Assembly: GCF_006345805.1 (NCBI RefSeq)
Contig: NC_043001.1
Coordinates: forward strand, 119,784,001 to 119,848,000
Source of the DNA: Octopus sinensis
Taxonomy: Eukaryota
Length of the DNA: 64,000 bases
Direction of reading: 5' to 3'
The position numbers and the translations under genes are program-made. The stretch's first letter is position 1, and every line of letters starts with the position of its first letter. The notes under the pieces are model-generated. The model searched no databases. It saw nothing but the letters and a program-made list of their open reading frames with translations, and was not told where the DNA came from. Shown piece after piece: positions 12,469-26,115 of the stretch.

Positions 12469-12772
12469 AATAACGGTTTGACTCACCACCATATGACTTT
12501 AAGTTTCGTAAGCTCAAACAGTGAACCAATCTAGCAGACAAGATAGGTTCAACATATCTGTCTACAAAACCTCAAGTCATGCACAAGTGAGTCAAAATTT
12601 TATGACATAATACATGCAACTCTTACCAAATGCATCCTATGTTACTATCTTTCGTTTGTCCACTTACATATATGTGTGCATGCATGTGTGTGTGCATGTG
12701 TAATTAAACATTATATATATATATATATATATATGTAATACATACATACATACACACACACACACAAACATA

Positions 12773-12814
<42 letters not shown>

Positions 12815-13630
12815 ATTTGATTTGATTTTGTCTAGTTTCAGCTCATGTGCTCTAGCACCACCATATATGTGGATATATATATATATATAAATTCTGATTA
12901 TGTCAAGATGTAATAATTACATAAGACGAGCCTTACATAATAGAAGCATAAAGTCTTCAATGAAACTCATGTAAGGTTGCAGTAAGTAACCAATTTCTGA
13001 ACAAACACTTCAGTTGTGTTATATATATATATATACACACACATGTATATATATGTGTATGTACATATGCATTCAAATATTGCACACTAACACATATCTA
13101 TTCGAATGTATGTATACAAATATATTCAAGCATTATATAAGTATATATTCAAATATTATGTATCTGTATATGAAAATATGTATCTATCTATGTAATCAAA
13201 TACAATATATAAATCTATATATTCAAATATAATATACCGATGTAATTTATGCTTAAATTTCATTCAACTATATATTAATATATATATGTATAAATATATA
13301 TGTTTGTGTGTGTGTATGTAAAAATATATCTTATATGTGTGTGTGTGTGTGTATAAGCAGACACAGACAGACACCTGCAAACACATGAACTAGCACACAC
13401 ACACATACACACACACGTATATACTCCTGCCTACATAAATATAACCTGATATAAACATATTATTAACCCATGTATCCCTGTGTATTTATATCTATTTATC
13501 TATTTATCTATCTATCTATATATGTGTATGTGTGTGGGGATATATATATGTATGTATATATATATATATATAGATATATATATCTATATATATATAATAT
13601 ATATATAATATATATATATAGATTATATAT

Positions 13631-14153
13631 ATATTAAATTAGAGACAAAACCACTATTAGGCAAATCAAACAATGAAAAACTTAAGCCAATACATGTGAT
13701 TATTTATATTATTTGAATATATAACAAAATTATTAAAAAAATATAATTAATATCACACTACGATCGTTTCATGCCTGCTGTCTTCAAATTTTTGAGTCGC
13801 AGTCATCATATGTACATATATCTATTCGAATGGTTTAAATATTTTAAATATTTTTCTTGTTTAAACCTCGCCAAGAAAAATATTTAAACCACCTGATGAC
13901 TGACTGCGACTCAAAAATTTGAAGACAGCAGGCATGAAACGATCGTAGTGTAATATTAATTATATTTTTTTAATAATTTTGTTACATATTTAAATAATAT
14001 AAATAATCATATGTATTGGCTTAGTTTTTCATTGTTTGATTTGCCTAATAGTGGTTTTTGTCTCTAATTTAATATAATATAATATTTTACTATAAAATTG
14101 GATTCAATCCTAAGTCTGATTTTTCCCTGTAAGTTTGGATTTATCCCTAATAT
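13631..14153 (+). mobile_element. Fold-back Penelope-like insert with hammerhead
   Basis: Arms at 13631-13809 and 13893-14075 plus a 3' extension to 14153. Same family as 49705-50190. Confidence 0.75.
13890..13950 (+). ncRNA. Type I hammerhead ribozyme
   Basis: cac CTGATGA ctg...cag gcat GAAAC gatc GTA gtg. Palindromic stem III ACGATCGT. Stem II closure is imperfect. Confidence 0.6.
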
Positions 14154-14158
14154 TTATT

Positions 14159-14190
<32 letters not shown>

Positions 14191-14210
14191 TATATAAATG
14201 TATATATATG

Positions 14211-14258
<48 letters not shown>

Positions 14259-15061
14259 GTGTGTGTGTGTGTTGTGTGTGGTTGTATGTATATGTATATG
14301 TATATATTTAATATAATATATATATATATTATATATAATATAATGTATAAACACATTATATATATGCATATATATGCACATATATTTATTCTTGCATGCA
14401 TACATTCTCATATATAACTCATAGCACTTTAAGCATAAAAATTATCACTTAAATGTGAGCAGAGTTTAAACTGAAAAAACTTTTCATTTGTATCAGTCAA
14501 TTGTTTTATTTTCTTTTGTATTTTATGCTACCTATTAAAAGTTTATTAAGAAAACGATCTGAAATATAGTAAATTTCTATGTAGAAAACAGAATTGAAAT
14601 GAGAAGAAGAAAGAAAAATAAATCTGCTTATTTTAAAAACAATTTGTATACCACATGCATAAATATTCAATGTTATAACCAATGTGTAAACATTTAAGGT
14701 TCAACCCAGTTTAGAGATCACGTTTGCTCATTCGATTTATATCACATTCATTTGGGTCACAGTTGGAACTGAGTCATTGTATGAACGCATCATTTGGAGT
14801 TCATGTTGATTGGCAGTCGATAACTCAGCCCTTGTTAACTATAAAATTATAAAGAGCAATACAAGGCAAGTAGATGAGACAAAAGTTTCAAAATTAGGGT
14901 TCTTCAGATTACAGTTTAGCATTCTTAGAAATGAATTCAAAATATAGTGGGTATCATCTTTGCCTTTCATGATTCCTGGCTTAATTAATAAGTCATTGTT
15001 TTTAAACATAAATTCAAATGTCTGTCAATTCCATAAAATTATAAAAACATATAGGCCTTAA

Positions 15062-15256
15062 CCCTTTAGCATTCAGATTGTCATCTCCAATGTAATGCTT
15101 ATTAAATGACATTGTTTTGAATTAATCAAGCATTATCTTATAGCTTTGTGATTTTGGTGATGTAATTGTAGAATGACATTGTAAGGTTTGTATGACAGAC
15201 CAAGTAAAACAAATGGAATATTTGGGCCAGATGTGGCTGGTTTAAATGCTAAAGAG
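15062..15256. mobile_element. piggyBac-type MITE
   Basis: TIRs CCCTTTAGCATT / AATGCTAAAGAG with TTAA on both sides (15058-61, 15257-60). Confidence 0.75.
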
Positions 15257-15812
15257 TTAAGCCATAAAACAAAGACAATTTTATAGTTTTCCAGCTGCAA
15301 GTAAGAATGAACTGTGCTTCACACAGTGCTGATTTACAACTATGATAACAAAGCCAACAAGAGATGAAAAAATGGCATGGAATAATGCAGATCTGGATAC
15401 AAAATTCATACCAGCAGCCTTCAGATGATGATCCAACATCTTATCAGAATTGTCACTCTATTGATGTAACATTAATAATAAAAATGGTTCTTGGAATAAG
15501 AGTAAACTTGTAAAAGTAAGCTGTTGTAGATGGTGTTTTTAGTAATGGCAGTCTTGAGAAAAGGGCAAAACCTCATGCATGTTGTAGTTGTAGTAGTAAT
15601 AAAAAGTCAATCATTAATGAAAATATAATTTTTTGTCTCCCTCCTGTGATCACTGAAAATGTGGTGCTCCATACTCTGCTAGTAAATATATGGAAATCAT
15701 TATAATATATTTCTTTCAATGCATATCTACCCTTCATTTTTAGTGTTCTGTCATCACTAAAACAGATACAAATTTTATACATGTATACACACACATATGA
15801 TATTGTACATAC

Positions 15813-15883
<71 letters not shown>

Positions 15884-15888
15884 TTATG

Positions 15889-15929
<41 letters not shown>

Positions 15930-16236
15930 TGTATGTATGTATATGTATATATATATATATATATAATATATATATACATATACACATGTATATATACACA
16001 TATATACATATACATATATATATAATATATGTATATATTTATATACATATATATACATATATAATATACATATAATATGTGTTCATGTATATATATACAC
16101 ATATATACATATCTATATATATATACATATGTATATGTATATGTGTATATATATATGTGTATGTTATATTATATATATGTGTATGTGTAATATATGTATA
16201 TATATATATTTATATATATACACACACACATATATA

Positions 16237-16268
<32 letters not shown>

Positions 16269-16545
16269 AGGTAGCCATATCATGTGAGTATTTGTGTACA
16301 TTGTTGTATGTTTTTATAGCTAATGATCAATGGACAAACACGTGTGTTAACATACATATTTAATTTATTCATTAGTATAAAAATAAAGGGCATTGTTCTT
16401 GCACTTTTAGGTTTCTCCACATTGAGAGGGAGAATAACAGGAGCATGGAAATAGGGTGAATTTGAACTGTTGCAGGTTAGTTACAGTTGGAAAAAGATGA
16501 TGGGGAGTGTGATGTTTGTATATGCATCTATGTGTGTGTGTGTGT

Positions 16546-16625
<80 letters not shown>

Positions 16626-17322
16626 TATATACGTTATTATTATAAGAGAAGAAAATGAGTATTATAAAAGGTGTAATAGCCAGGAGCAACTCTGGATTTA
16701 ATTATCCCTTAGAGGTACTAAACTCCTCAAACTTGATACCTATATATATATATGTATATATATATAAAACCTACAAGCTCATGTGCAATATTCTTTACTT
16801 TTGTACTAATAAATATATTTATAAATTGAATATGCATGTTAACACCTCAATGCATGTATATTAATCTATAGATACAAAAATATACAAAAATGAACACATA
16901 CACATATACACACCCATACTCACATAGTATGTCTAAATAATAATTTTTAGAAACAGTATTTTGCTTATTACAAATTATATATTCATTTAGTTTACAATCC
17001 TTCTGATGTGCACTGTTATTCAAAATTCCCTTAAATTAGGTAAGATAATTTAGCAACATAATTAGCCTCCATATGATGTTCTTTTTCTCTAGTGAGAGAC
17101 CATCAGCTAAGAGAGAACAAAAGTAACATCTTACTTTTTACTTTACTCCTTCAACATTGCTGTTAAGTATATTTTTTTCATTCCTCAAAAGTCAACAACA
17201 ATTGCATGATACACTAACAGAAAATGGGTATATACACATACAGACATATGTTGATGTGACATACAATCAGCCATATATAAGTATATACCTGCATAAATAT
17301 ATACCTGAAAATTTACATTTAC

Positions 17323-17377
<55 letters not shown>

Positions 17378-17415
17378 TATATATAAAAAATATGTATATA
17401 TATAATATATATATT

Positions 17416-17526
17416 GGCCTGCTCGCTTAGCCAGCGGGGTGACATCATTTGAAGGCTAAAACAATGTGAAGCGCATTGTGACCAGCAATGCGTAGCAGCA
17501 TCTGATAGCCTGGTCAGTCACGGTGA
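17416..17526 (+). mobile_element. 3' half of a SINE (family of 54192-54486)
   Basis: ggcctgctcgcttagccagcgggg..cattgtgaccag..ctggtcagtcacggtga. Confidence 0.75.
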
Positions 17527-18017
17527 TGTATATATATATATTATATATACACATATATACATATATAGCAAAAGCACTATAACTAATATGACTTACACTA
17601 AATGCAAAAAACAAATTACAATATACCTATGATTAAACAATACATTAAAACATCAGAAAGAGGACCCAATAAACAATAGAAGCCTATCACTCACACCCTA
17701 TAATCAATAAACTCACAATACTAACTAATAACTATGCTCAGACAAGTTCAAAACAATGAAAGAACCCAACCAGAACTAGGATCACAATAAAGTACACACA
17801 ACCTTGCACATGCGCATCGCCATGCACACACACACACACACATACACATACATGAACATATCCATATAATTTTTTATTTATATATTTATGTATATAAATT
17901 TATACATACATGCATACTCACATACATATATATATATACATGTATATATATGTGTATATATATATATATATACATATGTATATATACAAACACACTCATA
18001 TATATGTGTATATTATA

Positions 18018-18056
<39 letters not shown>

Positions 18057-19009
18057 AACACACTCATATATATGTATATATATATATATATATACACATA
18101 CATAATTTTAGATATTCATGTCAATGGAAGCATGCATACATATGCCTACAAGTAATTGTCTCCCTTTAGTTGGTTCTTCATTTTTAAACAACTATGTTGT
18201 ATTATTCACTTTGGTTAAATATCAGTGCCACGTCTTCTAAGAACGCAATCATCAAATGAAAAAGTTCTTCTCTTTCTCCAGTTTTTTTTTTATTGGTAAG
18301 CTTTGATTGAGCAGATATGCAACACTAGAAATAACCAATGAAACAAGACCTTCTGTGATTCGTGTTTCTGTCCATTCTTTATTCTGGGGCATTTTGTCCT
18401 AAAATTTAGGTCTTTAAAATCTGTTATCTTTTGTTTGTTTTTTTTTTGTTTTTTTTTTAAAGAGAAGTGATTTTCAGTTGCCTGATTAAGCAGTCCAAGC
18501 AACAACATAGAAGCCTCTTCATTGGTCTACTTTGTAACCCAGTCGTATATGATGAACCGTTTATTCCATTCCCAGTATTTCCATTGCCTTCACGTCATTT
18601 TCCAGTCTGAGCTTAAATCCAGGTTTCCTTCATGACATTCACTCATCTATCAGGATGTGCCTATAAACCTCGTAGAGGCCTCATAGTGAATGGGTGCCAC
18701 TAGAAGCTGAGGCAGAGAAGCCCTTAAGCATTAGATCACTAAGATGTTATCTATTTTCTCCCAGAAAGCAAAAACAGAAAACATTCAGAATTGCTTTGAT
18801 AGTAATTCTTTTAACATGTGGCAATACCTAAATCCCATTCATTCCTAAAAGTGGAGTTTCTCTCATCTCCACTGCAAATATGCTTACAGCTACATTCCCA
18901 AAAGTGGTCATTTATTTAAATACATCAACTTGTTTTATCACTGCTTGACACCGTTGATTGAGAAAGGGCAGATTTGTTGCATATATTTTACTGTTTCCCT
19001 GTTTGATTC

Positions 19010-19019
19010 TCTGTCTCTA

Positions 19020-19064
<45 letters not shown>

Positions 19065-19362
19065 CTTTCTCTCTCTCCCTCTCTCTTTCTTACTCTCCCC
19101 TTTCTTTTCTTCCTCTCTTTTCCTCTCACTCTCGCTTTTTTTATCTGTCTTTCTTTCTCACTCACACTTTCTTCCTCTCTCTCTCTCCCATCTCTCTCTC
19201 CTCGCTCTCTCCTCTCTCTTTATCTCACTCACTCTCCCTTTCCTTTTCTCGCTCACTTTCTCTGTTTCACTTTCTTTTTATCTCTCTTTCTCTCTCCTCT
19301 CTCACTCCCTCTCTTTCTCTGTCCCTCTCTTTCCTTCTCTCCCTCTCTTTCTCTCTCTCTTT
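19010..19362. repeat. CT-rich polypyrimidine low-complexity tract
   Basis: Direct sequence. Confidence 0.9.
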
Positions 19363-19920
19363 CAAAGATAAAGCTGTATATTTGCTGAGGAGTGAATACG
19401 AGGTCATTTTGGCGGAATATTAAAGTTGCTAGGAGACTAGAATGATTTTTTTTCTACAAAAGAAAAATGAATGTATGCATGTATGAATCCATGAATAAAT
19501 AAATAAATAAAACTGGATATGTATTGTCAAAGTACTATATTTTTTATTCCTGTTGTTATTAATATTGATAAGCTGCGAAAAAGAGATCATAATAAAGCCA
19601 AAAAAAGTTGCTTTCAAACTTGTGAATGAATAGCATCCCAATGGAAACTTCTTTATTTCCCTGTCCTGTTCAAATTGCACTTTTATATTGTATGTAAGAA
19701 ATAAATAAATATATGCCAAGAAAACCCTGTGTAAATTTGGTTTAAAAGGATTAAAAGTTGAAATCTAAAGATGGGGAGAGGGTATTTGGAATTATGATAC
19801 AGACAAAAAAAAAGTAAAGGAAAAAATACAATTGAAGAAACAATAATCATAATGATGATAACAATACATGCTGTACATACTGTGTAAGGTTTTTTTAAAT
19901 TTTTTTTTATTTTATTTTAT

Positions 19921-20368
19921 TTTTGTCTTTGGTCAGTAAGTGTTATTTCTTGTTTGCTTCTATCTAGAAATCAAAGGAAATAACTACAATTCCCTTCAGA
20001 CTTTGCTTTTGTGACCTGGACATCAATGTTTTGAAACTGACCTATTTCCCATTACATTTCAGACAGATTCAGCACTGAGTTACAAATGCAGAAATATCAT
20101 TATAGCAAATATTCTCTTCGATACCACAGATTTGCTTGTCAGTCACTTGACTAGAACCACTTGAGCATGTCCCTTAGTGGCTGACAATATATGCATTGCT
20201 GATCATGAACAGGAGTAGTTGGGAACATCATAGCCATGTATCAAGAGAGACTCTTTGGGGTTTGAATAAATGTAACAAAAGCAAAGTTTGAAGGAAATAG
20301 TAGTCATTTTCCACACTTTCTAGGGGTAAACAAATAGGAAATAACAGTTGATACCCAAGGGCAAAAAT
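19921..20368. mobile_element. MITE-like element with long imperfect TIRs
   Basis: tgttatttcttgtttgc..cttcagactttgcttttgt (about 19940-20012) is inverted at acaaaagcaaagtttgaagg..aaacaaataggaaataaca (about 20275-20346). Confidence 0.55.
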
Positions 20369-20796
20369 CATGTTACATGGTGTAATTACAATGATGATAA
20401 CACTAATTAGAGAAGTTGAAATTTACTCCTTAACATTGTCTACAAGATTTTTATCTGAGTTAGATCCTTAAAACATCTCTGAAGGGATCAGTTTTAAATA
20501 TATCATCTTGAATAATTAGCAAAGAGTAGTCAGATGATGGTTAAATCACAGTGAAGGTTAAAACTAGTTCAACTGCTCCCCTTATTTTCTATCCATATCT
20601 GTAACTCGATACAATAAAGTGTTCCCTGAGGACCAGTTGTGGTTTAGTATCTATACACATCTGAAACTTCTATCAGAAGGCTCTAAACAACCACAGTGGT
20701 GAAACATGCATAAGAACTTTAATGTGCTTTAATGCAAACTTGAGTTTATCCTTATTTTTTCCATAGAATAAATAATATATAATATATATGTGTATA

Positions 20797-21265
20797 TCAT
20801 CATCATCATCGTCTAACGTCCGCTTTCCATGCTGGCATGGGTTGGACGATTTGACTGAGGACTAGTGAACCAGATGGCTGCACCAGGCTCCAATCTTGAT
20901 CTAGCAGAGTTTCTACAGCTGGATGCCCTTCCAAAGGCCTACCACTCTGAGAGTGTAGTGGGTGCTTTTTCGTGCCACCGGCACGAGGGCCAGTCAGGTG
21001 GTACTGGCAACGGCCATGCTCAAATGGTGTTTTTTATGTGCCACCTGCACAGGAGCCAGTCCAGTGGCACTAGCAATGACCTCGCTCTATTGTTTTTTTC
21101 AGATGCCACCAGCACAAGTGCCAGTAAGGCGACGCTGGTAACAATAAAGCTCAAATGGTGCTTTTTACGTGCCACTGGCACAGAAGCCAGTCAGCTGCTC
21201 TGGTAACGATCATGCTTGCATGGTACTCTTAGTGCTCCACTAGCACGGATACCAGTCATCAAATT
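20797..21265 (-). mobile_element. Long copy of the (GAT)n-tailed repeat with internal subrepeats
   Basis: Family 3' end followed by repeated gtgccac..gccagt..ggcaacga..ctcaaatggtg units. Homologous to 48670-49200 in the opposite orientation. Confidence 0.7.
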
Positions 21266-21503
21266 CTACCTTAATAGGTATAATATTAAATATTTGAATA
21301 AAAGAAGGGTAAAAATACTGCTGGCCAAAAGTGAAAACAAAAGCTTAAAAAACCACCAAATCCTACGATAAATACACACACGAGTAATGCAATGAACACC
21401 CTTCTTTTATTCAAATATTTAATATTATACCTATTGAGGTAGACATCTTGCTGACCACCTAATTTTTACTATTTTTAACAGCAATAATGCTTTCATATAG
21501 TCA

Positions 21504-21543
<40 letters not shown>

Positions 21544-21683
21544 TATGTGTATATATAAATAGAAGAGATAAAAGAAGTGAGGTGAGAGAATAGATATTTA
21601 CTCCATTCATTTACAGCTGTTTCATAATCATTTAAGTTATATAATAGATATCACATCAATATTCATATGTATATAAAATATAT

Positions 21684-21767
<84 letters not shown>

Positions 21768-21872
21768 TATGTACGTCGAAATATACAAAGGTGCCAACAG
21801 GGGAACTAACAGACTAATCCTCAGAACAATTCAATTATACATATATACATAAGTGCCTATAAACATACATGC

Positions 21873-21903
<31 letters not shown>

Positions 21904-22127
21904 CATACATACATACATACATAAATGTAAGATCCAAGGATCAAGGTGTAGGAAGAAAGTTAGCTTCAAGCAAACCATAGAAAATATATAAAAAACAACT
22001 TTCAGGAACAATAGTGTTTTATTGCTGCAAAGTTGTGGATTTTTTTCCACATTGAAGCATGGTAAGCTGAAAAAACTGTTTTGCATATCCCAGTAGGCAA
22101 GCAAGGTAGCCAGGTATGCAAATAAAA

Positions 22128-22454
22128 TACAAGAGTTAAGAAATGGAGCAGATAATATCCAGATTGCATACGTTTCATAGCGAGCGAAACCTTGGAAGTG
22201 ACAAATATCCAAGTGAGGTGTATACTGCAGGCTACTCTTCAGGCCAAAGGTATCTTGATTAAATGTTTACAATATCACAAGGAGGTACATGTCAACACCA
22301 GTGACAATGTAAACTTCATTTAATTAAGATACCCTTGGCCTGTAGTGTAGCCTGTGGTATACATCTCACTTGGATATATTCCACTTCTGAGGTTTCACTC
22401 ACTATGAAACATATGTAGCCCAGATCTTATCTAGTCCATTCCCTAACTCTTGTA
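22128..22454. mobile_element. Fold-back insert with hammerhead relics in both arms
   Basis: tacaagagttaag.. / ..ctaactcttgta. Minus: ggc CTGAAGA gtagc...gctat GAAAC gtat GCA. Plus: ..GAAAC atat GTA gcc. Confidence 0.7.
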
Positions 22455-22599
22455 TATATATATATATTTATACATATATAATAATAATAATAATAATTGA
22501 TTAAGTAACCAGAAGATGGGTTTGGTTTTACTTTTTATTTTGAATGACTAATACCGAATCAAGCTTCTGGTTACTTAATCAGTTTTTATTATTTTATTA

Positions 22600-22795
22600 T
22601 TCTTTCATTCTTTTCAGTTATTTTGACAGCAGCCATGCTGGAGCACCACCTTTAGTCGAGCAAATCAACCCCAGGACTTATTCTTTGTAAGCCTAGTACT
22701 TATTCTATCGGTTTCTTATGCTGAACCGCTAAGTTACGGGGATGTAAGCACACCAGCATCGATGTCAAGCAATGTTGGGACACACACACACACAA

Positions 22796-22828
<33 letters not shown>

Positions 22829-22836
22829 TACACACA

Positions 22837-22874
<38 letters not shown>

Positions 22875-23052
22875 TACACACACGCACACACATATATACG
22901 ACGGGCTTCTGTCTAGCAATTCCACTCACAAGGCTTTTGCCGACCCGAAGCTATAGTAGGAGACACTTGCCCAAGGTGCCACGCAGTGGGACTGAACCTG
23001 CAACTATTTGGTTGGTTAGCAAGCTACTTACCACACAGCCACTCCTGCGCCT
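22600..23052 (-). mobile_element. Full-length tRNA-derived SINE with internal (TG)n
   Basis: Reverse strand: ggcgcaggagtggctgtgtggtaag..ggttcagtcccactgcgtggcaccttgggcaagtgtc..(TG)n..ggtggtgctccagcatggc. Confidence 0.85.
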
Positions 23053-23431
23053 AAAAGGTATTTGCATTGGCCAATTAATTATTAATTATTAATTATAATT
23101 GAAGGTACGCAAAGTACTAGCATTGCTGGAAATAAGTGTCAAAAAATACTCAAATAAGCTACCATTTTACTGAAAATACAACAGGCTGACAAAAATCGAG
23201 GGACGAGCAAAATTTAACTTACCATTGCGGTTGAATGTCGCAAATGAGGATCACGGATATCTTTAAATCACATGATTTTGAACTTTGAGATATTTCTCCT
23301 AGTTCCTATCAGTAGGTTTCCCTGTTAGATAAAAGTTAAATCTATACTCGCTTCTTCAAGTCTACCAAAATCGTTGAAAGACCAGCACCAAATTCAAATG
23401 TTATCAGTGCATAATCAGACATAAATAAATA

Positions 23432-23466
<35 letters not shown>

Positions 23467-23769
23467 TATTATTATTATTATTATCATCATCATTATTATT
23501 ATTATTATAATTATTGTTGTTGTTGTTGATAAATAACAACAATAATATAAGTCACCAGCAAGCGTAAAAGCCAAAAAGGCAAATTTATAAATTTATAATT
23601 AACTATTAATTATAATTGAGGGTACACAAAATACCAGCGTTGCTAGAGATAAGAGTTGAAAAATACTTTAATAAGCTACCATTTCACTGATTTTCACTCA
23701 GCGGAAACTGATAGAAACCCATTGAGTGTGTGTGTGTGTGTGTGTGTGTGTTGTGTGTGTGTGTGTGCA

Positions 23770-23810
<41 letters not shown>

Positions 23811-24159
23811 ATGTGTGTGTGTGCATGTGTGTGTGTGCACGTGTGCGTGTGTGTGTGCATGTGTGTGTGTGTGTGTGTGTGCATGTGTGTGTGTTTGTGT
23901 GTGTATGTGTGTGTGTGTGCATGTGTGTTTGTCAGTCCTGTCTTTGGCTTCCACTTCTGCTTCACAACTAGTGTTGGTGTTTTTACGTCCCCATAACTTA
24001 GTGGCTCAGCAAAAGATACCATTAGAATATGTACCAGTCTTTAAAGAGCAATAACATCTGGGGTCAATTCATTTGACAAAATATTCTCCAGGGGTGCTCC
24101 AGCATGGTTACAGTCTAATGAGAGAAACAGTTAAAAAATTTAACAAAAGGTAAAAGATG

Positions 24160-24199
<40 letters not shown>

Positions 24200-24623
24200 A
24201 AGTGGTTGGCATTTGGAAGGGCATCCAGCTGTAAAAACCTTGCCAAAACTGACCTCACCTGTGCTTGTGCCACATGAATAGCACTCACTCCACTTTTCTG
24301 GGTGATTAGTGTTAGGGAGGGCATCCCACTATAAAATCCCTACCAGAACAGACACAGAAGTCTGGTGCAGGCTTCTGCTTGGCTGGCTCCTGTCAAACCA
24401 CTCAACCCATGCCAACATGGGAGGCAGACATTAAATGGCACGTAAAAAGCACCCACTACACTCACGGAGTGGTTGGCGTTAGGAAGGGCATCCAGCCGTA
24501 GAAACTCTGCCAGATCGGACTGGAGCCTGGAGCAGCCCCTGGCTTCCCAGACCCCGGTCGAACCGTCCAACCCGTGTGAGCGCGGAAAACGGATGTTAAA
24601 CGATGATGATGATGATGATGATA

Positions 24624-24657
<34 letters not shown>

Positions 24658-25169
24658 CTAGCAGTATCGCCCGGCGTTGCTCGGGTTTGTAAGGGAAATA
24701 ACTATATAAGCATTTTTAGAGAGTTACTTCCCTTATAGATGCCAATTCGGGCAATTCTTAGCCATTTCTGTTTTGATGTCTTCAAGCCATGAAGTCGTTG
24801 TTCTAAAAGAACGCTGGTCTCCTTGACAACGCTTTACGACGTTGATTTCCTTACACTCCCTTCCCCACAGCTTCACGAGGGAGGGAAGAAGGGGGAGAAG
24901 CAAACAGGTGCAGGTGTGACCATGGACGCCAACTCCGCCGCCATCGACACACGAAAAATTATGCATTAAAATGGAATAAAAAATGATGTTAAATTATTTT
25001 TAAAATCGTAGACTCATCGTAGACGTGCGCTAATACTCAGACAGGCTCGATATGAATCACGACTATAAGATACCCGAATTTGGTTAAACTGCACTGCAAA
25101 ATATGGGAGTAGTTAGGAATCTAAATCGAAGGGGACAGACACTCACACAACTACAGTTTTATAGATAGA
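24658..25169 (-). mobile_element. Non-autonomous Helitron
   Basis: The minus strand starts TCTATCTATAAAA and ends with the hairpin cccgagcaacgccggg followed by CTAG. It is inserted between A and T in a TA tract. Confidence 0.75.
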
Positions 25170-25233
25170 TATATAGATATATATATAAATTAATAAATGG
25201 AGTTAAACACAGGTGTTATTAGAATCTTTTTAC

Positions 25234-25319
25234 TTCCAATATATGTTTCGAAGAAAACATTGGTATTATTCCAGAAGGATTGAAATGATGTAAAACAATG
25301 CAATCTTCTCATCAGGGAA
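25234..25319 (-). ncRNA. Hammerhead ribozyme in the Penelope terminal repeat
   Basis: Minus strand: ttcc CTGATGA gaaga...tcttc GAAAC atat ATT ggaa. The plus-arm copy (about 26408-26494) has CTAATGA. Confidence 0.6.
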
Positions 25320-25869
25320 TGAAAGAAACCAAACACATCAATAACACATTTTAACAGAATATGATGATGGCGTATGTAATGAAGGGAATGCTAGCAAGCT
25401 TTTTTTTTTAAAAAACTTTAATAGATATAATGTCAAAGGTAGTTTATAGAAAAAGGAGGAGAAAGAAAGAAATTAGCAGAAAACTAAGAGTGGAGAGATA
25501 CAGAGCGATAATTAAATAGGAGTAAAGCTTAAGGGCTTGGAATTAGATATATTTAGTGAAAGTGAAATGTAAGAAGACAGTCAAAGATCCAATTTTGTAG
25601 AATGATAGAAATTACTTATAGGAACTAAAGGTATATCTTTGCCAATGTTTGTAACAATAAATGCATACTATATATGTGTTTACAAGAGGATTCTCTGAGA
25701 ACAGGATGCAATACATTTCATCGTTACAAAGCGGACAAAAAGATTTACCTTTATCATACAGAAATGATATAGATAGAATATTCTATTCCAAATCAAATTG
25801 TTTATTATGATCTTTTAGATACCTAATTAAATTACTAAGCCCAATATTGTTACATTTAGACAAATCAAT

Positions 25870-26115
25870 AAATGTAACAATACTGTGCTAAGTAAATTAA
25901 TTAGGTATCTAAAAGATCGTAATAAACAATTTGATTTGGAATAGAATATTCTATCTATATCATTTCTGTATGATAAAGGTAAATCTTTTTGTCCGCTTTG
26001 TAACGATGAAATGTATTGCATCCTGTTCTCAGAGAATCCTCTTGTAAACACATATATAGTATGCATTTATTGTTACAAACATTGGCAAAGATATACCTTT
26101 AGTTCCTATAAGTAA
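25870..26115 (+). pseudogene. Penelope-type GIY-YIG endonuclease C-terminal fragment
   Basis: Manual translation: KCNNTVLSKLIRYLKDRNKQFDLE*NILSISFLYDKGKSFCPLCNDEMYCILFSENPLVNTYIVCIYCYKHWQRYTFSSYK*. Fits the Penelope pattern TxLSKxIxxLK..W.IL..CxLC..E..CxH. Confidence 0.75.

Noticed and set aside
18930-19388. 152-aa hydrophobic Leu/Ser ORF
   Set aside because: CT low-complexity sequence.
25827-26066. 79-aa minus-strand ORF in the palindrome
   Set aside because: Wrong strand. The meaningful frame is the plus-strand endonuclease relic.
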